DNA from: Candidatus Eiseniibacteriota bacterium | GTDB taxonomy: Bacteria > Eisenbacteria > RBG-16-71-46 | NCBI GenBank assembly: GCA_963744995.1 | Contig: CAVUWA010000005.1 | Location: 96,001 to 160,000 of the forward strand | Reading direction: 5' to 3' | Length of the DNA stretch: 64,000 bases | Shown: one piece after another, positions 49,957-60,000 of the stretch | How positions within the stretch are numbered: position 1 is the first letter of the stretch | Layout of the letters: each line of letters opens with the position of its first letter | Position numbers and translations under genes: made by a program | The notes under the pieces: generated by a model | Seen by the model: only the letters and a program-made list of their open reading frames with translations | What the model was told of the DNA's origin: nothing | Databases searched by the model: none

Positions 49957-49978
49957 GGCGGGCCCTGCAGGGCCCGCC
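49957..49978. terminator. Perfect 22-bp palindrome between convergent operons
   Basis: ggcgggccctgcagggcccgcc. Confidence 0.6.
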
Positions 49979-50006
49979 TCGCGGCGTTGCGGAGGCGCCC
50001 CGTCCA

Positions 50007-51812
50007 CTACCCGTCGGCGTGACAGTCCTTGCAGACGTTGCGCGAGGGGCGCGGGTCGTTGTGCGAGGTGTCGTGGCAGTTCTGGCACTCGAGCCCGACC
50101 TCGAGGTGAGCGTCGTGTGAGAACTGGCCGCGGAAGCTGGTGACGGTGCGGCCGGTGACGCTCTTGTGGCACGTCATGCAGTCGGCCACCGACACGGTCT
50201 TCTGGCGATGATGGCACGGCATGCAGCCGTCGGGCCCGAATCGGACCACTTCCCCGGGCGCGCGTTCGGCATGCGGCCGGTGGCAGGTCGTGCATTCCAA
50301 CCGCGCGGCGGTCAGGTGCGGCGCGTGCTCGAAGCGATGGCCGCCGAAAGTGCCCGCCTGGCTCTCGACGCCCTGATGGCAGGTCAGGCAGGCCTGTGCG
50401 CCCGCGGCCACCGTGGGCCACGGCTTGCCGAGCGCGGCGAGATGGTGGGTACGGCGCGTTTCGTTCATCTGCTCGTGGGCCTTGTCGAGCAGCGCGAAGG
50501 CGAAGTTCATGTTGTGCACGCCCTTGCCGCGCTCGACCAGGCGGAAGTTGTGCTGGGCATCGTCCCAGGCACTGCCGGCCGACACGCCGACGGCCGCCGC
50601 GGTCGCGTCCATCTGCCGCTTGAGGGCGCCGACCCGCGTGGCGATGCCCCGCTGCCACGCGTCGTAGATACCCTTGTAGGACGGCCCGTGGCACGACATG
50701 CAGGAGATCACGTTGGCTTTGAGTGAGTGCGACCCCATCATGTCGCTTGACGCGGGGAACGACGCCACCGCAGCGTTGTGGCAGCCCTCGCACTTGACGC
50801 CGGCCGCGAACATGGGGCTCGGCATGCGCGGCACGCCGCGGCCGCCGATGCCGGTGTAGAGATCCTGCTGCGGGTTGTGCCCGCTGCCGTGGCAGGTGGA
50901 GCAGTCGGAGGCGCTCTTCGCCACCGTGTCCGGCGCCCGGCCGTGCTCGATCTCCAGGTGGCAGTTCAGACAGTCGACCTTGTGCTCGGTCACGTGCATG
51001 CGGTGCAGAAAGTCGGTCTCGCCATAGCGCGCGAGGCGGTCCTGCTGGTTGTGACAGGTCAGGCAGCGCTCGCGTGGAACGCTGCCGGTCCCGCGCACCA
51101 CGTCCTCGTGGCAGAGCTGGCAGGCGAGATCGAGGCGCCGCACCTGGCTGTGGTCGAACTCGGTGCCCGCGGAGCTGACGACGTGATCGGGGATCTCGTG
51201 GCAGGTCCGGCAGGCGCCGATCCCGGCGTTCACCGCGTTGCCCTTGAAGTGACACAGCGCGCAGGTCGTGGCGGTCACCGCGATGTGGCTGCCCTGCACG
51301 ATCTGGGAATGGCACGACGTGCAGCGCAGCCTGAGTCCGCGCCGCGTCTCGGTGAGGTGCGGGGTGTGGTTGAACACGACGTCGTGAAACAGTTCCTTCC
51401 CGTCGAGCAGGCGGCGCTCGTGGCAGCGCAGGCAGGCGGCATCCGACACCTCGGTCCACGGGTTGGTCCCGTAGGTGCCGGTGAAGTAGCGCACGACCAT
51501 CGACAGCGCTTCGTACTTCTTGCGGAACTCGGCCGTGATGCCCGGCGGGATGTGGCACTCGACGCAGGCGATACCGTTGTGCTTGGAGGCCTGCCACGAC
51601 TGGAAATAGGGCTTCATGATGTGGCACGAGCCGCAGAAGTCGGGCTGTGACGACATCTGCATCGCGAACAGGGTGGCGACGACGAACAGGCCGAACGCAA
51701 GCCCGGCGCTGTAGGTCGCGACCTTGAGTCCGCGCGGCGAGAGCCGCTTCCCGCCCGCACGCGAAGCGACCTCGCCCACCCTCCGTTCGAACGCTTTCCG
51801 CCAGCCCGGCAT
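50007..51812 (-). CDS. NapC/NirT-like N-terminus extended to an 18-heme cytochrome c
   Basis: TM, then SSQPDFCGSCHIMKPY..WQASKH..CVECH; 18 CxxCH in total. Confidence 0.9.
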   Translation of the reverse strand: MPGWRKAFERRVGEVASRAGGKRLSPRGLKVATYSAGLAFGLFVVATLFAMQMSSQPDFCGSCHIMKPYFQSWQASKHNGIACVECHIPPGITAEFRKKYEALSMVVRYFTGTYGTNPWTEVSDAACLRCHERRLLDGKELFHDVVFNHTPHLTETRRGLRLRCTSCHSQIVQGSHIAVTATTCALCHFKGNAVNAGIGACRTCHEIPDHVVSSAGTEFDHSQVRRLDLACQLCHEDVVRGTGSVPRERCLTCHNQQDRLARYGETDFLHRMHVTEHKVDCLNCHLEIEHGRAPDTVAKSASDCSTCHGSGHNPQQDLYTGIGGRGVPRMPSPMFAAGVKCEGCHNAAVASFPASSDMMGSHSLKANVISCMSCHGPSYKGIYDAWQRGIATRVGALKRQMDATAAAVGVSAGSAWDDAQHNFRLVERGKGVHNMNFAFALLDKAHEQMNETRRTHHLAALGKPWPTVAAGAQACLTCHQGVESQAGTFGGHRFEHAPHLTAARLECTTCHRPHAERAPGEVVRFGPDGCMPCHHRQKTVSVADCMTCHKSVTGRTVTSFRGQFSHDAHLEVGLECQNCHDTSHNDPRPSRNVCKDCHADG

Positions 51813-53068
51813 CACGTCTTCCGGGGCGCGTCCCGGAAGCGGCGCAGCACGAGGACGGTCAGAATCAGGTAGAACCAGAACACGATGAGGACCAGGCGGC
51901 GCATGTTGAGGTTGGCGAGCTTCGCGTAGATCTCCGACTGGATCTCGGTGCCGACCGAGCGGGCACGAGCGGTGAAGTTGGCGACCGTCTCCTCGTCGAT
52001 CGAATGGGCGGCCGTGAGCGCTTCGTTCTCGTAGGTGCGGGCCTGTTCGAGGCGGGCGCGGTAGTCGTCCGTCGCGAGGGGCACCTGCTCCGCCTTGCGG
52101 ATCAGCGCTTCCGCCTTCTCGAGATCCTCCCCCGCGCTGCGGTAGGAGGTCCACAGCCGCTCGCCGAGCGCCCGTTCACCGGACGCCTTGTCGTGGCACT
52201 TCGCGCATACCGTCCCGAGCCACGCCGGCGGCGCGACCTGGATGGCGTGGTCACCGTGACACGAGGTGCATTCGCTGGTGCCGCCGCGCGCCAGCACGTC
52301 GCGGTGAGGACCCGACATGAAGTATCGCCGCTCCGCGGTGTGGCACTGGCCGCACACCTTGCCGACGTTGCCGACTTCGGGCGGTGCCGCGCCGTGGGCG
52401 CCGTGGCAGCTCACGCAGTTCGGCGCGCGTGGATTGGCGTTGTCGAGGAGCTCGTGGGCGTGAACGCTGGACAGGTAGGGCGCCAGCACGTTCTTCGTCA
52501 CCCGCGTCGTGTCGGAGTGGCAGGCGCCGCAGGTCTGCGGCACGTTGGTGCGGAATACCTTGCTCGCGGGGTCGCTCGCGGCGAGGATCGCGTGTGCCCC
52601 GTGGCAGTCCGAGCACACCGCGACCCGGTCGTTGCCGCGCGCGAGGCGCCGTCCGTGACCGGAGGTCTGGTAGAGCGCGTACTGGTCGACGGGCAGGTTG
52701 TAGGGGCGCATCTTCGACTCGTCGGAGTGGCAGGTCGCGCACACGGTGGGCACCGAGCGGCGCGGGATCGTGCCGCGGAAGTCACCGCCGTGCGCCCGCC
52801 CCTGATCGAGCGTCGTATCGTTGCCGCCGTGGCACGAGATGCAGCGCACCTGTTCGCTCGCATGCCGGCTGGTCTCGAACGCCGCGCGCTCGGCCGGATG
52901 GCAGACGCCGCAGCGGCCGGAAGCCGCGCTGACGTCGGCCGGCCGCGACGCGGACGGGTGCGAGAGGCCGGGCTGCGCGAGCGCGCGACCGACGCCGCCC
53001 GCGGCGGCCATGCCCGCCAGTGCCAGGGCGAGCGCGACGACCGGACGAAGTCCCGGGCGGCGGCTCAA
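51812..53068 (-). CDS. Nonaheme cytochrome c with C-terminal anchor (paralog of 48602-49921)
   Basis: 9 CxxCH in the same layout (CHGG, CHGxHGAAPP..V..VCGxCH). Confidence 0.9.
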   Translation of the reverse strand: MSRRPGLRPVVALALALAGMAAAGGVGRALAQPGLSHPSASRPADVSAASGRCGVCHPAERAAFETSRHASEQVRCISCHGGNDTTLDQGRAHGGDFRGTIPRRSVPTVCATCHSDESKMRPYNLPVDQYALYQTSGHGRRLARGNDRVAVCSDCHGAHAILAASDPASKVFRTNVPQTCGACHSDTTRVTKNVLAPYLSSVHAHELLDNANPRAPNCVSCHGAHGAAPPEVGNVGKVCGQCHTAERRYFMSGPHRDVLARGGTSECTSCHGDHAIQVAPPAWLGTVCAKCHDKASGERALGERLWTSYRSAGEDLEKAEALIRKAEQVPLATDDYRARLEQARTYENEALTAAHSIDEETVANFTARARSVGTEIQSEIYAKLANLNMRRLVLIVFWFYLILTVLVLRRFRDAPRKT

Positions 53069-54207
53069 GCGCTCCCCCGGTCGATGAACCAGCCCATCAC
53101 CGAGAGCAGGATCCAGATCGCCAGCACCGCGATGCCGAAGATCCGGGCCCGCTTGAGCGACGCATCGCTCGCCTCACCGCGCCACCAGAACGGGAACAGC
53201 AGGACCGCGAACCCCATGACCAGCGACAGCAGGCCCGCGAGCCACGGCGGCAGCGGCGTCCCCTGCCCGAGCGCGTACGGCACGAGCAGATACCAGGGTG
53301 GCCCGAGGCCCACCGGCGTCGAGTACGGATCGGCCTGCGCGCGGAACGGAAACGGCGTGAGCACCGACAGCGTCACCATGATGCCGAAGGCGAACACCGT
53401 GAGGATCAGCACCGAGTAGAGGTGGTGGCGCAGCGTGGTGGTCTGCAGGGGGTGGCCCGGCGCCGGCTGGCCGAGCCCGACACGCCGCTGGGTGCCGAAC
53501 GTCACGTAGAGGAAGGCCACGTAGATCATCGGCACGATGACGATGTGCAGAATGTAGAACCGCATCAGCATGTCGGCGTTCACGACGGTGCCGCCCAGCA
53601 GGAAGCCCGTGAACGGGCCCACGATCGGAATGGACTGCACTACCTCGAGCCCGCGCACGAGGGTCCAGTACGAGTGCGTGTCCCAGGCCAGCAGCCGCCC
53701 CGTGAAGTCCGCCTTCAGCACCAGAATCGCGAGGACGACGCCGCTCAGCCAGAGCAGCTCGCGCGGCGCGCGATAGAGCCCGTCCCAGAACAGGCGCGCG
53801 ACCCGCACCAGCACGACCACGATCAGCGACCACGCGCCCCAGGCGTGGATCTGGTGCACGAACCAGCCGAACGGCAGGTCGCGCACGATCATGCGGGTGC
53901 TGATGTAGGCCTCCTGCGGCACCGGACGGTAGTAGAAGGCAAGCAACAGACCCGTCACCACCTCGACCCCGAACAGGATCGCGGCCAGCACGCCCAGGAC
54001 CCGCGGCCAGCGCGCGTAGGTGGGCACCTGCTGCCGCGAGACGTCGCGCAGCACCTCGCGGATCGGCCGCGCCGTGTCGATCGGCGTATAGACGAGTCCG
54101 AAGTGGGTGATCAGCGAGAACAGCTGCGTGAGGTTGATGCGCCGTTCCAGCCATTCCACCCAGTTCGCCCGTCCGGCCGGGCGATCGGCGTCGGCAGAAC
54201 TGCTCAT
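53065..54207 (-). CDS. Divergent cytochrome b of bc complex 2 (bH ligands lost, PPWY)
   Basis: QIHAWGAWSLIVVVLVR, FTGRLLAWD, LHIVIVPMIYVAFLYVT and LGPPWYL. Confidence 0.88.
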   Translation of the reverse strand: MSSSADADRPAGRANWVEWLERRINLTQLFSLITHFGLVYTPIDTARPIREVLRDVSRQQVPTYARWPRVLGVLAAILFGVEVVTGLLLAFYYRPVPQEAYISTRMIVRDLPFGWFVHQIHAWGAWSLIVVVLVRVARLFWDGLYRAPRELLWLSGVVLAILVLKADFTGRLLAWDTHSYWTLVRGLEVVQSIPIVGPFTGFLLGGTVVNADMLMRFYILHIVIVPMIYVAFLYVTFGTQRRVGLGQPAPGHPLQTTTLRHHLYSVLILTVFAFGIMVTLSVLTPFPFRAQADPYSTPVGLGPPWYLLVPYALGQGTPLPPWLAGLLSLVMGFAVLLFPFWWRGEASDASLKRARIFGIAVLAIWILLSVMGWFIDRGSA

Positions 54208-54680
54208 GAGAGCAGCACGTAGATTTCGCCCGCGCGCACCGACACGTCATAGCGCGCGAGCGGGCGCGGCGGCGGCCCGGCGAGCACCGTCCCGGACATG
54301 TCGAAGCTGCCCTCGTGACAGGGGCAGACGAGCGTGCGACGGCTCTTGTCGTAGTTGAGGATGCACCGCATGTGGGTGCACACGGCGGAGAGCGCGATCA
54401 CCTTCTCGGCATCGACCCGAACGACGTAGAACGGTGACGTGCCGTGACGGATGAGCCGCCCCTCGCCGATGCGGAAGTCCTCGAGCAGACCGACCCGCAC
54501 CAGCCGGTCGACGATCTTCTCACCAACGTGCGGCGCCTTGAGGTAGGCGGCCGCCACTCCGGCGGCGCCGAGTCCCCAGAGGCCGAGAAAGGCCCGGCTC
54601 AGCCAGGTGATGAACTGGCGGCGCGAGCCGCGCCGGGGTGCCGTCGCTGCGTCCTGTGAATCCGGCGTGGGTTCGGTCAT
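54204..54680 (-). CDS. Rieske 2Fe-2S subunit of bc complex 2
   Basis: SRRQFI Tat motif, CTHMRC, CPCHEGSF and GPPPRPL. Confidence 0.92.
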   Translation of the reverse strand: MTEPTPDSQDAATAPRRGSRRQFITWLSRAFLGLWGLGAAGVAAAYLKAPHVGEKIVDRLVRVGLLEDFRIGEGRLIRHGTSPFYVVRVDAEKVIALSAVCTHMRCILNYDKSRRTLVCPCHEGSFDMSGTVLAGPPPRPLARYDVSVRAGEIYVLLS

Positions 54681-54730
54681 CGACTCGAAGAATGGAAAGG
54701 GGACACGGTCTGCACTTGCGGATCGGCGGC

Positions 54731-54759
54731 AGTATAGGCAGGGCCTCGGTGAGCGACAA
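54731..54759 (-). promoter_or_regulatory. Sigma70-type promoter for the bc complex 2 operon
   Basis: TTGTCG-N17-TATACT, about 50 bp upstream of ATG 54680. Confidence 0.6.
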
Positions 54760-54855
54760 GTAAGACTGATGGAGCATTGAGGGTGCCGCCGGCGCGCCGC
54801 CCCGCCGATCCGGACCGCGCGACGGCCGCGCCTGCGGCAATCGCGCACACCTTCG

Positions 54856-56001
<1,146 letters not shown>

Positions 56002-56058
56002 GGTGGGCCTTCCATGGTGAGAGTGCGCCCGGAAGTTATCGGAAACGGCGTCCGGGGT

Positions 56059-57276
56059 TCAATGCCTGCCTCCGGGGTCCGGCGACGTCCCGGGCGCCAG
56101 CAGGAACGCCATGATCCGCTCGACCCGCGCCGCCCAGGCCGCCTCGTTGTGCACGGCGCCCTCGATCTCCTCGTAGTGAAGGTCCTTTCCCTCCACGTAG
56201 CCCCGTGCGCGCAGCGCGTCGCGCAGGACGCGCACCTCGTCCACCTCGCGCGCGGCATCGGCAGCTCCACGGCCTTCGCGGGTGCCGACGTCGAGCCAGA
56301 TCTTGAGGCCCGCGCCCGCGCCCGCGGCGACCCGGCGCGCGAGATCGCCGCCTCCCCACCACGCCGCGGGCGAGACCACGCCGATGCGGGTGAACACTTC
56401 CGGATGCTCGAGCCCGAGCCAGAGCGACACCAGGGCCCCGAGCGACGAACCCACCACGCCGGTGGCCCCGGGCCCGGGCCGGGTCCGGTAGGTCAGGTCG
56501 ATGAACGGCTTGAGCTCCTCGATCAGAAACCGGGCGTAGGCCGCCGCCCCGCCGCCGCCGTGCGCGCGATCGGCGGCAGGAGTGTACTCGCTCATCCGGT
56601 CGGGCGTGTTGTCCACCGCCACCACGATGAACGGCGGCACCCGCCCGCTCTCGACCAGCCGGGTCGCCGCTTCGTCCACGCCCCATTCGATCCCGATGAA
56701 GCTGGTGGCGGCGTCGAACACGTTGTTGCCGTCGTGGAAGTAGAGCACCGGATAGCGGCGCGTGGTGTCGGCGTCGTAGCCGGGCGGCAACCAGACCCGC
56801 ACCGTGCGCGGTCTCACGAACACCGACGGGAAATCGCGATGCTCGCGGACGTCGCCCGTCAGCGTGTGCCGCCGGGCGGGCGGTGCTCCCTCGAACCGGT
56901 CGCGCCACGCGGCCACGGACACGCGCACGGTATCGGGCCCGTCGATCCGCCGGGTGCGGTTGGCGATCTCCTCGCCCGTGGCGCCCTTCTCGACCGTCTC
57001 CCAGCCGCCGCGCGTGACCTTGAACTCGAGCGCCGCCCCGCGCTCGATGAGAACCGTCGCGATCCAGCGCCCGCGCTCCGCCGGGGCGAGCCGCACGCCG
57101 CGTCCGCTCCAGGCGCCCAGGGCGTCGACGTTGCCGGAAATCCAGATCGCGTCCGCCGCCGGCGTCGAGTCGGGCACCCGGACTTCGAACCTCACCGGCA
57201 CCGTGTCCGCAGCGGCGCGCGCCACGCCGGGGCCGAGCAGTACGAGCGCGAGCGGCACGAGGGCGGCGCGCCGCAT
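56059..57276 (-). CDS. Secreted CBM20 plus alpha/beta-hydrolase esterase
   Basis: IWISGNVDALGAW..LEFKVTRGGWETVEK; YPVLYFHDGNN, GSSLG and HNEAAW. Confidence 0.88.
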   Translation of the reverse strand: MRRAALVPLALVLLGPGVARAAADTVPVRFEVRVPDSTPAADAIWISGNVDALGAWSGRGVRLAPAERGRWIATVLIERGAALEFKVTRGGWETVEKGATGEEIANRTRRIDGPDTVRVSVAAWRDRFEGAPPARRHTLTGDVREHRDFPSVFVRPRTVRVWLPPGYDADTTRRYPVLYFHDGNNVFDAATSFIGIEWGVDEAATRLVESGRVPPFIVVAVDNTPDRMSEYTPAADRAHGGGGAAAYARFLIEELKPFIDLTYRTRPGPGATGVVGSSLGALVSLWLGLEHPEVFTRIGVVSPAAWWGGGDLARRVAAGAGAGLKIWLDVGTREGRGAADAAREVDEVRVLRDALRARGYVEGKDLHYEEIEGAVHNEAAWAARVERIMAFLLAPGTSPDPGGRH

Positions 57277-57941
57277 CAGCCTTCGGCGGCGTCGCTCCGC
57301 GCCGCGGCCTCGCGCCTGAGGCGCCGTCCCATCCATTCGACGAAACCGTAGAGCACGGCCATCAGGGCGACCGCCACCACGAACCAGAGCAGCTTGTCCT
57401 TCACCACGTGGGCGAGTGCCTCCGGGTCCTGCATCAGGTTCGGCCGGTCGGCCAGCACCCGCGCGCCGAACCACGTGAGCACCAGCGTCCAGCTGAACGA
57501 GCCGAGCAGCGTCATCGTGGTGAACACGCGGAAGCTCATCCGCGCCGCTCCGGCCGGCAGCGACACCAGATGCCGGACCACCGGCAGCAGCCGGGCGAAG
57601 AAGATCCCCGGGCCGCCGTAGCGCTGGATCCACTGCTCGGCCATGATCCATTTCTTCTCGGGCACGAACACGTAGCGCCCGAAGCGGAGGATCAGCGGAC
57701 GCCCCAGGGTGCGCGCGACGAAATAGGAGATCGCCGAGCCGGTCCACGAGCCCATCGTGCCGGCCGCCACCACGCCCCAGAAGTGCATGCGTCCCTGCGC
57801 CGCCCAGTAGGCCGCCGGCGGCAGGACGACCTCGCTCGGCAGCGGAAACACGGTCGATTCGATCGCCATCAGCGTGAAGACGCCCAGGTAGCCCCAGTCG
57901 TGCACGAGCTGGAACCACAGCGTGAACAGGGAATGGAACAC
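57276..57941 (-). CDS. DedA-family membrane protein
   Basis: MAIESTVFPLPSEVV and FFARLLPVVRHLVSLPAG. Confidence 0.9.
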   Translation of the reverse strand: MFHSLFTLWFQLVHDWGYLGVFTLMAIESTVFPLPSEVVLPPAAYWAAQGRMHFWGVVAAGTMGSWTGSAISYFVARTLGRPLILRFGRYVFVPEKKWIMAEQWIQRYGGPGIFFARLLPVVRHLVSLPAGAARMSFRVFTTMTLLGSFSWTLVLTWFGARVLADRPNLMQDPEALAHVVKDKLLWFVVAVALMAVLYGFVEWMGRRLRREAAARSDAAEG

Positions 57942-57943
57942 GT

Positions 57944-58822
57944 TCAGGCGCCTCCGCCGGCGGCGGCCGGCACCGCCCGCGCACCGGGGGCGACGGTTTC
58001 GGCCCACGTGAAGTCGTCGCCCTTCGCGACCGGACGCCCGAGGGCGACCTCGGGATCGTGCTCGAGGCAGATCCACGCGTGCTCGGCGGCGGCGCGCTCC
58101 AGCAGCGTGCGCTTCTCGGCCATGGTCTCGATGACGGCCATGTCGTAACCCATGACGAACGGAATCCGCACGTGCGAGCGTGTCGGGATCAGGTCCGCCA
58201 CGAAGTACAGCGTGCCGCCCTCGCCCGCGACCCGCACCAGGCGCTGCCCGCGCGTGTGGCCCTCTGCATGGATGAACGTGACGCCCTCCCACGGCGTGGC
58301 GGTGGACTCGCCGGACTCCAGCACGCCCGCCCCGGCGAGCGGTTCGAAGTTCTCGCTCATGTAGGAGGCGCGCTCGCGCGGGTTGGGCGAGCGGGCGTTG
58401 TCGAGATTCGTCTGCCGCACGTGGTAGCGGGCATTCGGCAGCGCCGGAACCAGGCGGGCCCCCGCCCTGCGCGTCGCACCGGCTGCATGGTCGAAGTGCA
58501 GGTGCGTGAGCACGACGTCGGTCACGTCCGCCGGCGTGAGATGGAGGTCGGCGAGCGCCCCTTCCAGCGTGAGCGCCTGCTCGACGCGATAGATGTCCAC
58601 GAGCTTCTCCGTGAACTTGGCGCCGATGCCGACGTCCACCAGCACCCGGCGCCGGCCGTCGTCGAGCAGCAGACAGCGCATGGCCAGGCGAATGCGATTG
58701 CGCTCGTCGGCCGGGTGCTCGCGGCTCCACAGCGGCTTCGGCACCGAGCCGAACATCGAACCGCCGTCCAGCCACAGGTGTCCGGTCTCGAGCGTGTGCA
58801 GGGTCCAGGGACCGATCTTCAT
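57944..58822 (-). CDS. MBL-fold metallo-hydrolase (YtnP-like)
   Basis: LDGGSMFGSVPKPLW, THLHFDHAAG, GHTRG and EHD. Confidence 0.92.
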   Translation of the reverse strand: MKIGPWTLHTLETGHLWLDGGSMFGSVPKPLWSREHPADERNRIRLAMRCLLLDDGRRRVLVDVGIGAKFTEKLVDIYRVEQALTLEGALADLHLTPADVTDVVLTHLHFDHAAGATRRAGARLVPALPNARYHVRQTNLDNARSPNPRERASYMSENFEPLAGAGVLESGESTATPWEGVTFIHAEGHTRGQRLVRVAGEGGTLYFVADLIPTRSHVRIPFVMGYDMAVIETMAEKRTLLERAAAEHAWICLEHDPEVALGRPVAKGDDFTWAETVAPGARAVPAAAGGGA

Positions 58823-58947
58823 GGAAGGCATGACGTCAGGATGACGGGGCCCGCGGGGCGGGTCAACCATGCCGCGGGCGTGGCAAACAACGTCGCGCCC
58901 CGGCCGGGTGACCGGAGCGCGACCGTGCTTCAGGCACGTGCAACGCG

Positions 58948-59700
58948 TTACTGCCGATACTTCGTCTTGAGCGCTCCGAACGAAAGCGGCTGGGTCGGGG
59001 TCGCGCCGAATGCCGTGACTTCGAACACGAAGTCGTTGAAGTCGTTGTCGGTCGTCGTGCAGCACGGGCCGGGATCGGCGCCGCTGTCGACGTCCTCGAA
59101 ACAGACGAGCCAGGTGTTCGGTCCGGCGAAGTCCGAGATGTCGTACACCAGCGCCTGCATGTCGCCGCCGGCCGGCGCGTGCAGCGCGCCCGAACCGTCG
59201 GGACCCGCATCGTTGTAGAAGCGGTTGGTGAAGAACAATTCCGGCTCGGGCGCGTTGATGGCGTCGAGCACGCCGTTCGGATTGAGGTAGAAGCCGAATT
59301 TCGTCATCGGTGTCGGCAGGAAGATGACGGCGGAGGTGCCGGGGCCAGAGGGGCCGTCGAAGACGACGCCGTCGTTGACGCCGTCGATGACCGGCTTCGT
59401 TCCGGTTTCGAGGTACCAGCCGAGGATGTTGCGGTTGGCGTTGCCCGCGATCTCGCGCACGAGATAGGTGGACACCTCGTCGCCGACCCAGAACCACGGA
59501 TCGAGGTCGCCGGGATGTGCACCGATATAGTCCGTATCGAAATGAATCGCGCCGGGACCGTAGGCCGTATCCACGATGCTCTGGAGATTGGCCGAGGGTC
59601 CGTCCCAGGACTGGCCCATCACCACATCGACGGGTCCGGCGGCGGCAAAAGCAGGCGCGGCAAACAGCATGACTGTCATGGCGACGGCAGGGCGCAGCAT
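58948..59700 (-). CDS. Secreted DUF4114-like protein with SFGALKTKYR tail
   Basis: Signal peptide; CFEDVDSG..DNDFNDFVFEV; tail TPTQPLSFGALKTKYRQ. Confidence 0.82.
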   Translation of the reverse strand: MLRPAVAMTVMLFAAPAFAAAGPVDVVMGQSWDGPSANLQSIVDTAYGPGAIHFDTDYIGAHPGDLDPWFWVGDEVSTYLVREIAGNANRNILGWYLETGTKPVIDGVNDGVVFDGPSGPGTSAVIFLPTPMTKFGFYLNPNGVLDAINAPEPELFFTNRFYNDAGPDGSGALHAPAGGDMQALVYDISDFAGPNTWLVCFEDVDSGADPGPCCTTTDNDFNDFVFEVTAFGATPTQPLSFGALKTKYRQ

Positions 59701-60000
59701 GAATGCATCTCCACAGGAGCGAGACAGGTTGTCGAGTCGGGGAGACGGCATGCGATCAAGCTGCAGCCGCCACGCCGGGCAAGGGGGGACCTCGGGCGCC
59801 GGGCGTGATACCTAAGACGACAAACATGTTAGCAGGACAAGTTGAGATGTTGCAAGAGGCCGGATAGGCCCGGCCCGGCCCCCGGTCGGCCCGGTCGAAC
59901 GCGGGCCCGGAGGAGTCCGGGCGCCCGGGGCCGATCCGGCCGGAACCGGGGGCGGCGGACCGCGCCCGGCCGAACGCAGACCACGGCGCCGGCCCCTTCG

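Noticed and set aside
59762..59777. Minus-strand CGGCGTG-GCGG-CTGCA sigma54-like site
   Set aside because: The spacing is right but the match is weak and likely by chance in GC-rich DNA.
59866..59995. GC-rich CCCGG iterations downstream of lpdA
   Set aside because: Low complexity with no regular period or spacer structure.
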